The notes beneath the pieces were generated by a model. It did no database searches. It was not told where the DNA came from and worked only from the letters and a program-made list of their open reading frames with translations. From assembly GCA_043228905.1 (NCBI GenBank), contig JBHGNT010000003.1:16616001-16680000 (forward strand): a stretch of DNA of 64,000 nt, read 5' to 3'. This document shows, one piece after another, positions 26,207 through 37,630 of this stretch; position 1 is the first letter of the stretch, and every line of letters begins with the position of its first letter. The position numbers and the translations under genes were made by a program. This DNA comes from Azolla caroliniana (Eukaryota; Plantae; Polypodiophyta).

Positions 26207-29200
26207 TGTTGTGACAATTTTCGGCTACGGTGTGAAACTGAGTGAGACGAATAAACGTGCGCTTAGCAAATAAGCCTAAGGCCTAGTGGCACTTGAGTTC
26301 ATACAAAGGGGTGCAAGCAAGGTTTGAACCTTGCACCTCTAAAATACAAAATGTTTCCCTTATCACTAGGGCAATTATCATATAGTGTAAATTTTATGTA
26401 TTTCCTTTTCATATATGAATTATAGATGAAACAACCATAGAAAACCATGTGCGCAAAACCATGGTTCTAAACCCATGGATTGTGCATGTCATAAGCAAAA
26501 ATGTGTCCCCAAAACCATGGTTCTAAACCCATGGTTTTGTGCATGAAGAGAGCTATAAAAACCCTAGTGGAGCTTGTGTAAAGGGGGGCTCAATATGTGA
26601 TATCACCAACACCACTATCATCAATATAATTATATTTGTCTTTATCTTCTTCATATTTTTCTACTTCTCAAGTGTACAATCTTTCTTCTTCTCAAGTGAA
26701 CAAATTTCATCTAATCTTACATTGATCGTCATCTCTTCGATAATTCTGTGAACATCCTCCCCAGTCCAAGACCCCAGTGGTCGCTCGAGTAGCACACACA
26801 CGCGCAAATCTTCGCTACATCATTTGGTGAACCCGACGTGAAGAGCATTAGGGGAGGACGAAGATGGATGGCGAATATCTCATGGAGGCAATGTCAAAGA
26901 CGAAATGAAGCCCAACAAGCCGTCAAGAGGGTAGTCGAGCGAGTGAGCTATTTCAACGGCGCCGAAGTCCAAAGTTTTCTAAAAGTCTACAATGCGGAGA
27001 TGGATTCAAGAGGTGTGGACGAAGCTATGAGGCTGGAGTACTTTTGTCGGGTGGTGTCTCAACTGATCTTCAAAGATGTTAAAGAGCTTCTAGAAGCTCA
27101 TGATTCATGGGCGACTTTCGAGAAGGCTCTATTGGAGGAATATGGCTATGAGAGACTGAAGGGACGAGATCGACGCAACTTTGACCAATGGGTGACATCG
27201 GCGAAGACCCACCAAGGCGTGACACAAGCATTCGTAGACTTCGAGCATCGTTTTTCTCAACTCTCGGAGTGGGATCAAAGATCGGTGGGGGTCGATAAGG
27301 TCCTTATGTTCGTGAAGTCAATCGATCGAATGGAAAGGATGGCCATCGGCCTCAAACTCGAAGAAGATGACGGTGCAAATGGCCTCATCGAGGATTGGAG
27401 CAAAGTGGAAAGTGTATGCCGACTACACGATAAGGGGCGAGCGAGAATATCGACGACAACAAGATGGCCCATGAGGGACGATTGAAGAGGGACGAGATGC
27501 AGCAACACGCCACCAACAAAAGAAATGAAGCTTAAAAGGGAGACAAAACTGAGGCGAATGGTGATCGAGGAAGAAGAGACCTCCCAACAAATGCGGGTGA
27601 ATGAAGTGGCCGATACAAAGGCTCAGGTTCGGTATGATGGTACCAAGAGAGAAGGTGCGAAACAAGTCACCTTCTTGTCTTACAAAGAAACAACGGCCAA
27701 GGAGGAGGCCGATGACTCGAGGACGGCAAACGCCACTTCGAGGGAGGATAAATGTTTCGGAACACGCATTGTGTACAAAACATCGGGTGATGAAGGTGCA
27801 AGCATGAGAAAAGCTTGCATGATCGAGGGAGATAAAGTGTTTGAGTCCGACGTGATTGAGGAGGTAGCCATGACAAACGACATCGAGTCGGAGGTGGCTA
27901 TGGGCGAGTCGATGGTGGATAGCCATGTCGAGACTTTCTCCACACTTGTTCTAGAGACTTCGGCGGTTGCGCCCGTGTGCCAATGTGAGACCAGAGAGAC
28001 AGAAGGCGGTGACGGGAAGACGAAGGCCCAACACAAGGAGGAAGAAGATCGAGGACGAAAGGATATCCCCACACCTATTCTTGAGACTTCGGCGGTTGTG
28101 CACGTGTGCCAACGTGAGATCGGAGAGACGGAATGTGTCGACGAAAAAACGGAGGACCGGAAGGGCGATGAGGAAGACAAGGTAAATGTGCATGAACGAA
28201 GGGATTCCTTCACACCGGTTCCGGAGACTTCAGCAGTTGATACCGTGTGTCGACATAAGACCGAAGATAAAGGAGGTGGCAGAGAGGAGACAATATGGCT
28301 CGAGGCGAGCATACACGGAGGGAAGGATGTGGCCGACGAGGAGGCCAAGGATGAAGCCACGGGTTGAGTTCGATGGAGAGGCGGCATGCGGGAAGGAAGG
28401 AAGAGTTGAGAACCAGTCAAACCGGAAGATGATCCGGCCAGGATTCTAGCCCGAACGAAGGAAGATCCACATGGGAGCCGATCGACTGGGGCCGACCCAG
28501 CTGAAACCTGATTCGGCGGATATCAATTGGACAATCGCGATCCAAAAGGGGGCCGACCCGGCCGGAATTAATCAGTCGAGCCCGACTCGGCGAAATGCGA
28601 ATGTAGACGAAGGCCAACCGAGCCGAGAAGCGATCGGCGGAGACCGATCCGGACAAGGGCAAACCCGGACTAATCGGAGATCGACACGAACGATCCAGAA
28701 CACCCATTTGAAGACGGTGAGTGCGAGGAGTGGCCAGGAGTCCAATCGAAGGACACACGCGGTGGACGAAGGAAGAGCGGTCGGATCGACGACATTGTTC
28801 GGTAGAGATGAATAAACCAAGGATGTGCAACATTGCACATGCACGTAGCAAATAAGCCTAAGGCCTAGTGGCACTTGAGTTCATACAGAAGGGTGCAAGC
28901 AAGGTTTGAACCTTGCACCTCTAAAATACAAGATGTTTGCCTTACCACTAGGGCAATTATCATATAGTGTAGATTTTATGTATTTCCTTTTCATATACGA
29001 ATTATAAATGAAACAACCATAGAAAACCATGTGCACAAAACCATGGTTCTAAACCCATGGATTGTGCATGTCATAAGCAAAAATGTGTCCCCAAAACCAT
29101 GGTTCTAAACCCATGGTTTTATGCATGAAGAGAGCTATAAAAACCCTAGTGGAGCTTGTGTAAAGGGGGGCTCAATATGTGATATCACCAACACCACTAT

Positions 29201-29401
29201 CATCAATATAATTATATTTGTCTTTATCTTCTTCATATTTTTCTACTTCTCAAGTGTACAATCTTTCTTCTTCTCAAGTGAACAAATTTCATCTAATCTT
29301 ACATTGATCGTCATCTCTTCGATAATTCTGCGAACATCCTCCCCATTCCAAGACCTCGGTGGTCGCTCGAGTAGCACACACACACGTAAGTCTTCGCGAC
29401 A
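26207..29401 (+). mobile_element. Gag-only non-autonomous gypsy D with a tRNA-Trp PBS
   Basis: LTRs 26207-26819 and ~28803-29401 (5' end rearranged); PBS TGGTGAACCCGACGTGA ~26825-26841; 4-bp TSD ACGT/GCGT; no pol. Confidence 0.88.
26868..28367 (+). pseudogene. Gag-like ORF of D with acidic C-terminal repeats
   Basis: ORFs 26838-27485 and 27525-28367 share a frame; SYFNG..FL..Y..EM..W..FEKALLEEY; three ETSAV..VC repeats. Confidence 0.7.
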
Positions 29402-30251
29402 GCGTCCCCCACACCGTACTGAACAAAGGAGGCAAGAAGACCGACCACGGTATATGGATCGCAACCCACGTGACGACCGACACTACCGGAATCGTTGGAA
29501 TCACAACGATTCTGAGGAAGACGAGCCAGAGGATGAGGACTACCGTGATCCCCCTCGATATGCTAAAGGGGGCCAACGCTATGAAAATCACCGACCGACA
29601 AACAAATGTGGCGGCTTCAATGGATCTTGTGGAAAACAACGACAATATTGGGACCACCGGCGACATGAAGAAAGTTTGGACGATGAGCGGCACAACAACC
29701 ACCGCGTATGCTCTGACAAACGAGGCCGGACCGTGAGGAGTAGGTTGCACCGAGGGATCGGCACACACCACCAGGAGCCGAGAAGGGCGAATCGAGCATC
29801 CATTGTTTTGTTTGTCAGCAACCCGGACATTATGCCACGCAATGCACAGTACGCAAGGGCAAGGGGCCCGCCGTCAATACAATTACGGCGGAAGTGCAGC
29901 AAGTCACGACACGCCAGAAAACAAAAATGGTTGATTGGTCTGCGCAAGATGAGATACGACGACAAGCCCAGGCATGGGTTGAAAAAGCAAATGCGACAAA
30001 TACAGAATGCATGCGGAAGGAGTCCACGAACACAATGGAGCTAGTGGAGGACGAAGGACCGGCCCCGGACCCCATTTGTCAAGCACTGGCGGGCTGCGAG
30101 ATAACGTTAACCATGGAGAAGCTGCTGCAATTAGTCCCATGCTTCCGCCAGACCATGGAAGAATGGGTGACGGGCATACCCGGGGTGAGTGTCGCTATGA
30201 ATCTCACGGACATTAGTGACGGACCATTTGTAGTGGATCACCACAACCCAG

Positions 30252-30898
30252 TGTCGCGTTGTTACGCGCGTGCGTGTAGAAAGAGGCGGGACCACGGGGG
30301 TCTTGGACCAAGGAGAGAGAGATGGAGAGAGAGAGGGAGAGAGGGAGAGATACACAGAGAAGAGTTAAGAGCAAGAAACAAGAATCCAATTACTAAAATC
30401 AATAGCTTACAACCGGCAACCCGGTAATGGGCCCGACACGGGGTCCCACTCACGCACACAGACGACTGCCACACAACTCCAGGAACCAAAAGGGGGAGAG
30501 CCTCTGCTTGAAGCACACGGGCTATCAACAAAGCAGAGGCAGCGAACTCCCGACACCCACAGAGACCGACGACCGGAGGGGAAGAGAGAGCTCGGCACTT
30601 CGTTCTGCAGCAACACTTCGTCTTCCTTAATGCGCGATATCTTCCCCTTTCTTCTCTCCCTCCTTAAATAGTTTGCCAAAAGGGCCCCCTTTCTCCCTAG
30701 TCAAATCACTTTATTCCCTGTCCCTTTCGATGGAGATACGCACAATCCCCCCTAATAAATGTATACTACCTAGTGTTTACATCAGCCGATCCATTTATGA
30801 ATCATGTACAAAATATCAATTCATGTGCCCATCTGTGTAAGAGCCGGTTCATGCGCCTTTTTCTCCGATTCCGCCTATGCCCGGTTTTCTTCACAACA
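30252..30898 (-). mobile_element. Solo LTR related to the Trp-PBS LTR at 47111
   Basis: TG..CA ends; its reverse complement begins TGTTGTGAAGAAAAC, like TGTCGTGAAGAAAAC at 47111; 4-bp TSD CCAG/CTGG (from CCGG). It interrupts C pol (HNP|AITL). Confidence 0.85.
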
Positions 30899-32644
30899 CT
30901 GGCTATTACATTGATATTACACGGTCAGGAAATGCCAGGATGCGTAATCAATGGCGGCTCAGGGGTTAATGTAATTAGTGGGAAAAAATGGGAGTAGTTA
31001 GGCATATCAGAATGGGAGGCTTGCCAGTTCTAGCTCCGTATGGCAGATACCCGCTTAGTACGACCATTGGGGTTGATATGCAAGGTCGGCATTATCGTGG
31101 GAGGACATCGCTTTGACATCTCAGCGGTAGTCCTCACCCTGGATGCCCCATGGGCATACCCTATGCTGCTGGGCAAACCGTGGCTTCGTGCAACGAATAT
31201 CAAGCAGAGCTGGCAACACAAGTGTATTAGTTTTCGACACGGACGCACCAACGTTCGCGTACCTATGGAGGAAAGGGCGACACAATCCAAGGGTATATCA
31301 CCATTATACGCGGAAGATATAAATATGTTGGCCAAGGTGGATGATGCAGAATTAGAGGCATACCTAGACGAGCACCCTCGGATTATTCCGTTGTTCGAAA
31401 TGAACGTCATCGCAACCGAGGCAGATATGCCACGGCCACTACTCTCCACGACGAGGCTTACGAACCAAACCCAGAGTCAATATTGGAACTAAGCAGAGCA
31501 CGGGCAGCATTTGAGAGGGAAATGGAAATTTCACGACGAGTCACCCCCTCTGCCCTTGAAGAAGTAAACGTGGGTACGACGTCAAAACCTCGTTTTCTCT
31601 CTATCGCAAAAGAATTAAGGTTGGACTAGAGAGACACAATGTTTGAACTACTCAAGAAATATAAAGATGTGTTCGCCTGGGCTCTCGAGGACATGAAGGG
31701 GTTAGATCCGAAGTTCTATCAACATAAGATCAATTTAGCAACAGACGCAAAACCGGTCCAATAGCACTGCTACCGCATGAACCCGAACTACGCGACCCAT
31801 GTAAAAGAAGAAATTGACAAACTCTTAAAGGCGGGATTCATACGACCAATTAAACAAGCCACATGGTTAAGTCTGATAGTAGTCGTTCCAAAGAAAAACG
31901 GCAAAATACGAGTATGCGTGGATTACAGAAAATTAAACGTTGTAACCATTACAGATGCATTCCCTTTACCATTCACCAATAGCGTACTGGACGCCGTCGC
32001 AGGACATGACATATACAGTTTTTTAGATGGCTTCAGTGGATATAACCAGGTACGCATGCATCCCGATGACCAAGAGAAGACGGCATTTGTCACAGACTGG
32101 GGAGTCTATGTGGCAGTTGTCATGATGTTCGGGCTAAAAACAGCGTTGGCGACATTTCAACAGACAATCACGGAGATCTTTGGGGAATATATTCCAGCAT
32201 TCATGCAAGTTTTTTTAGACGATTTTGCAGTATATGGGAAAAAAACCGACCATTTTACGCATCTGCAACTGTGCCTAGAACGTTGCCGCACCGCACGCTT
32301 AAGCCTAAATCCCGCGAAATGTGCCTTCAGCGTGACCATCGGGACTCTCCTAGGCCATATAGTCAGCAAGGATGGAATAGCGATTGATCTGAACAAGATC
32401 TCCGCGATTACTCAAGACAAAACTCCGACAAACACGAAATCACTCAACTGGTTTTAAGGACAAATACTATGGCATAGTCGGATGATACGATACTTGGCGG
32501 ACTTCGCCACACCATTACATGCCGCCGTGCATCGGACTCCCTTCCAATGGACTACAACGGAGGACAAGGCCTATGAGGTGCTCAAGATAATGATCACACA
32601 AGCACCCGTCGTACAACCACCAGTTTGGGCGAAGCCATTCCACG

Positions 32645-33089
32645 TGTCAGGAATAGTACAAAAGCAGAGATGGAATTAGTACTAAAGAAGAGCAGTACTA
32701 TTAGTACTAAGAGGACGGGACTGCGTAAGATTCCCAAGAGAGGAAGTGAGAAGAGGAGAGAGAGAGATAGCGAGAATGAGAGAGAGAGAAAGATGATGAC
32801 AACAGCTAATATATTATGTGAAAAAGATAAGTACAAGCGGCTAAGAGGCTTAAGACTGGCGTTGAACCAATTTGGTTCAAAACAATGCCTTGTGCCTCCT
32901 TTTATAGTGTTTTTAGGGATAATCTTGAAGCTTCTAGAATGTTCTAGAGAGATCTGGAATATACATCAATTTTCTATGATAAAGCATAAATGAAAATAAT
33001 ATCCTACAAATTACAATTCATAGTCTAATGGTAAGAGCTCGACCCATATAGCATAAGGTCATGGGTTTGAGTCTTGCCATATCATGACA
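32645..33089 (-). mobile_element. 445-bp solo LTR related to the B family
   Basis: TGTCA..TGACA ends; perfect TSD CCACG; splits C RNase H (KPFH|VFVDASD). Contains GACTGGCGTTGAA, an HSE array and a tRNA-like module. Confidence 0.93.
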
Positions 33090-35152
33090 CCACGTGTTCG
33101 TAGACGCCTCGGACATAGCAATAGGAAGTTTGATAATGCAGCTCACTGAACTGAATTGGTATCGGCCAGTGTACTACGCTAGCCGCAAATTATCAACAGT
33201 TGAGCGTAACTATTCCACAACGGAGCGTGAGGTGTTAGGGATGATCTATAGTATCAATAAATTCCGGCATTATGTGTTGGGGAGGAAATTCACGTTCCAC
33301 GTGGATCATTTGGGACTGTTGTATTTGGTGGAGAAACAAGCACTGACAAGGAAATTGGCATGATGGATGTTGCTGCTTCAAGAATTCAATTTTGTAATTT
33401 AGCACCGCCCAGGTACGCAACACGCAGTGGCAGATTTTTTGAGCCAACTCGATAATGGAGAAACAGTACAGAAGGACGACGACGACTTTCCGAACGCAGA
33501 CATTCTGCGGGTAGCAGCACTAGCAGAAAGAACGGAAACGACGTTTCTAGACCGGTGGCTTATGGAAATGACATATTGTTTTACTACAGGACTGCCTCCA
33601 CCACAATTACACATGGACGAGAAGAAATGATTAGCCGTCCGGAGCCGTAACTTTTGCCTAATAGAAGGAGTTTTATATCAGAAAGGTAATGATGGCATTT
33701 GGCGACGCGGTGTACGTCAGGATGAGAAAGAAGCAGTCTTATGGGAGGCTCACTACGGCACAGCAGGCGGCCATTACACGGGCGATGTTACGGCCTGGAA
33801 AATATGGCAAGCATGCCTATGGTGGCCGACTACACAGAAGGAAGCATACGAGTATTGCAAAAAGTGTGATTTGTGTCAACGGGTGGGCCAGCCCACGGAG
33901 TGCGCAAGGATGCCACACCAGCCCGTATTACTGTTAAATCCCTTCCAAAAGTGGGGATTGGATTTTGTGGGCTCCTTCACACCGGCAGCGGCCCGTATGA
34001 GCAAGAAATACATATTGGTAGCCACGGATTATTCCACCAAGTGGGTAGAAGCAAAGGCACTACGAGAGAATACGGCGACCGTCACAACGAGATTCCTTTA
34101 TGAACACATCTGGTGTCAGTTCGGCTGTCCGATTGAGCTTATCAGTGACCAGGGGAGCCACTTTCTCAATACGATCGTTCAAGAACTAACACATCATTAT
34201 GCCGTAGTCCACAAGAAAAGTACGCCATATTATCCACAGGCGAATGGGTTGGTGGAATCCACCAACAAGACGTTGCAACCCATCTTAAAGAAAATCGTCA
34301 ATGAAAATAGAACGGACTGGGATACCAAATTACATAGTGCGTTATGGGCGTACAGAACTAGCTACAAAACAAGCATACAGTCAACACCATTTCGACTAGC
34401 ATTTGGGCTGGAGGCCGTGATGCCAGTAGAGTTTCAAATACCTAGTTTATGGATTCAGGTACGTGACCGACTATCGGAAGCCAAGTCGGAGGAGGTACGG
34501 CTCCACCAGCTGCTCGAACTTGGTGTAAAACGCGTACGCAACATGGTTGTGTTGGAGCAGGAACAACGACGGCGTAAAGCGTTTGTGGATCGACATCGGA
34601 ACGCACGGGAAAAGGATTTCGCGGTCGGTCGAGCGGTACTAGTTTTCGCTGGACAGGCCTGTACTAGATAATAGGAGTGGAACAAGGCACGTTCCAACTA
34701 GGCACACTGGCTGGGGAAGTCTTACGACAAAAGGTGAATGGGTTTCGCCTTAAACGTTACCTGGGCCCTACGCCACCTAACCCATTCACCGCTGAATAGG
34801 ACAAAGCCGGAGAACTTGCGGCGTAAGTGGACGGCCCCACTAGTATCATAGTGTAAAAATAGGCTATATGTAACCATTACAAAAAAGAGAGAGAAGATAG
34901 CGACGCTATTAAAAAAGGACTGAATGCATGCACAGACTTCTAGACCAAGAACACGCGGCACCACGATGGCTCACCGCCCAATGAACCCTAGACCACAAAA
35001 AGAAGGAAATAGAAGGTCTTCTACACAACACAAATCCACCTCCTAACTCTCAACGCTCTCATCGGTACCCTCCCTCACCTTCTCCTCCATCCTATCACAG
35101 AGCTGAAACCCACCAAAACCACCAATCTTCTCCCCACGAGCCTACTCTGACT

Positions 35153-37630
35153 ATGCCGATATTTATCTCTACCACCTTACGTCGATAGCTCGTGGAGAAA
35201 TGCGTGGATGGGTACATCAGGGTCGCAGAGGCACCTCCACACCCGGATGCATTGGACATCGCCAAAAACCTCAATATCAACACGGTCACCAACTCCTCCA
35301 TTCGGAAAAAGGTTGACCTGTCATCACTAGGTTAAAGGCATTTCGAAATCCCTCCTACGGAGTTGCTGTAGAGGTATTTCGGCCCGTATTCCTCCTTTGC
35401 CAAGGCCTATAGAACGAAGGAGATCCTGTATCCCTTTTTCCCTGAAGTCGCCAAGTTCCTATTAGAGGTCGGACGCGTACACGTAAATGCATATGGGATG
35501 CCCAAGCAGAAGGCATGTATCATTATTGATACCTTTGAAGGGCATAGGGTCGATTGGGGAGTCATCACGGGGCCGACGTTAAGGGAAGTCCTGCACGCAT
35601 ATCAAGGAGGCAAGAAGGTCAGGCCTATCATACAATAGTACCTGACGGTACTATTCCCACCCCGAGGCCTGCCGGCACCGCAGCCCAGCAAACCCATGCT
35701 GCCGCCCCGATCCGCGAAGCACAGGTTAGCGGAGTTAGATGCCACAGAGTGGGAGGATGAACCCCAACCCGCCCACCCGAACACACGGACAATGCCAGAA
35801 GAGCAGGCGGCGCGCTCCGCAAAAGCGGCACTAGAACCAGATGCCGAACCACAGCATGATAGCCCTAGGCCGAAACGGCGAAGGCTGGGCAGGAAAGATG
35901 GGTGGGGATTAGTTAAAGATGTACCCATGACGGCAGAGACAACGATCGAAGGCGATGACTCCGCAGCTACGGAGCCCAACATCACCTTTGAAATAATCCG
36001 GGAGCCACGACCAATCATTACGGCCCAGTCACAACGAGGGAAAGCCGTATTGACGGCGGAAAGCGAGGTTTTGGCATATCTAGATATCTCGAACACGGCC
36101 CATGAGTTCAGTGCACTCTTGCAGTACGGAACCACTTTTGAGCTCATGGAATTCTTGGCAACGCAATAGATAAAGGCCTCACAACGAATGGACGAGGAGC
36201 ACGCGGAGCGCCAGATGATCGAGCGCGCCTTAACACAAACGGCGGAGAGCGACGATGAGGACCAGTTAGCCAAAGTCGGCAGACGGAGCAACTCCGGGAT
36301 ACGTTGAATGGGGATGAAACTACCCCCATTAAACACAGCCCTAGTCGAAGTCCATAGGCAATTGGCAAAGGTCAGCACGGGCGCCAAGGAGATGGCCATT
36401 AAAAATAAGAATGTCTGGAAGAAGGTGAAACTGACCCAAGCCGAGCTGCAAAAACCCAACGAACGCATCGTGGAGTTGGAAACTAACGCGACTACGGCGC
36501 AACAAGAAACTCCACCACCAAACCACGCCATCGAAGTCTTGAAGGAAGAGATTGAGGCTCAGACCGCCATTGCCTGAAAAGCAAAAAGGGTCGTACAACT
36601 AGCGCAATCAGAAATTGATCGCCTCTGCATTGAACTTCGCCAGTCCTCAGACAGGGGAAAGGACATCCGGGCCAACGGCCGAAAGGCAATAAAAACCCTT
36701 GAAGAGAAACTCATTGCGGAGATAGCACAGTACACCCAGACAAAAGAAGAAAATGCCCAATTACGGGAGGAAGCGAAGAAATTAGAGGCGGCAATCGCGG
36801 GACTGCAGGCCTTATTGGAGAAAAAGAAGGCATGGTTCGACGAGCAGCTGGTGGGCAAACAGGAAAGAAGGCATTAGCTCGAAATCCCCCTAAACAATGA
36901 AATGGGGAAATTAGAAGAACTATATGCGAAGGAATCCCAGCTGTGGGCGGGTATGAAGAGCACGTATGAAGAAGAGGCAGCAGTTACTCAACAAGAAATT
37001 GCAAACCTCAAGAAGTTGATGGAAGAAGCACGCAACCATTGCCAGGCCATCACAAACAACGTGCGTATCCTTCTACAAACGAATCGGGAGAGGTTTACAG
37101 CGCAATTGAAAACGACGCTAGACAAAGGATGGATGGCGTGGGCAGCCCAAGTGGCGGAATTGCACGTATATCGTGCGGACTCGGAGAACCGAAGAAAAAA
37201 CGGTCGAGGCTTCTATAAACTCAATGAGGAGAGCATTGCGGCAGTACACGAGTACCTAGCGCAAGACTATCGCGCACTAGCAGACCAACATTTTGAAGAA
37301 CTCGCGTAGCTATTAGATGATTTTGGTGAAAGTTAGGAGGATCTGTTTCACCAGATCATGCGAACAAATGAGGAATCCATCGCGACACCAATTCCGGATA
37401 TTGCCGAAGAAGAGCAACCTCAGGCCAGGTCCCTAGAAATTACAACTACGGTGAACAGCGGGGAACGGCGAGCGGAGTCCCCCACAATACCAGACAGCGA
37501 AACCACTGCCCAAGAGGAACCCCATCTACCGGAGCATACGCTATCAGCCGACCACACGGAGAACGTTGCGGACCAAGCGGTACCTAGAGCGTACACCGAC
37601 GGCCGACACCACGGAGGAAGTGACGGATGA
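35153..37630 (+). pseudogene. Extra ORF of gypsy C downstream of integrase (coiled-coil rich, function unknown)
   Basis: ATG 35153 and ORFs at 35696, 36308, 36902 and 37358 all share one frame, broken by point stops; E/K/A/L-rich helical middle region. Confidence 0.75.

Noticed and set aside
29121-30044. 307-aa ORF with a hydrophobic N-terminus (env-like?)
   Set aside because: Chance fusion of D LTR sequence with C gag sequence across the insertion junction.
33021-33085. Functional tRNA genes at the A/B-box sites
   Set aside because: No convincing acceptor or anticodon stems could be folded by eye; treated as tRNA-derived modules.
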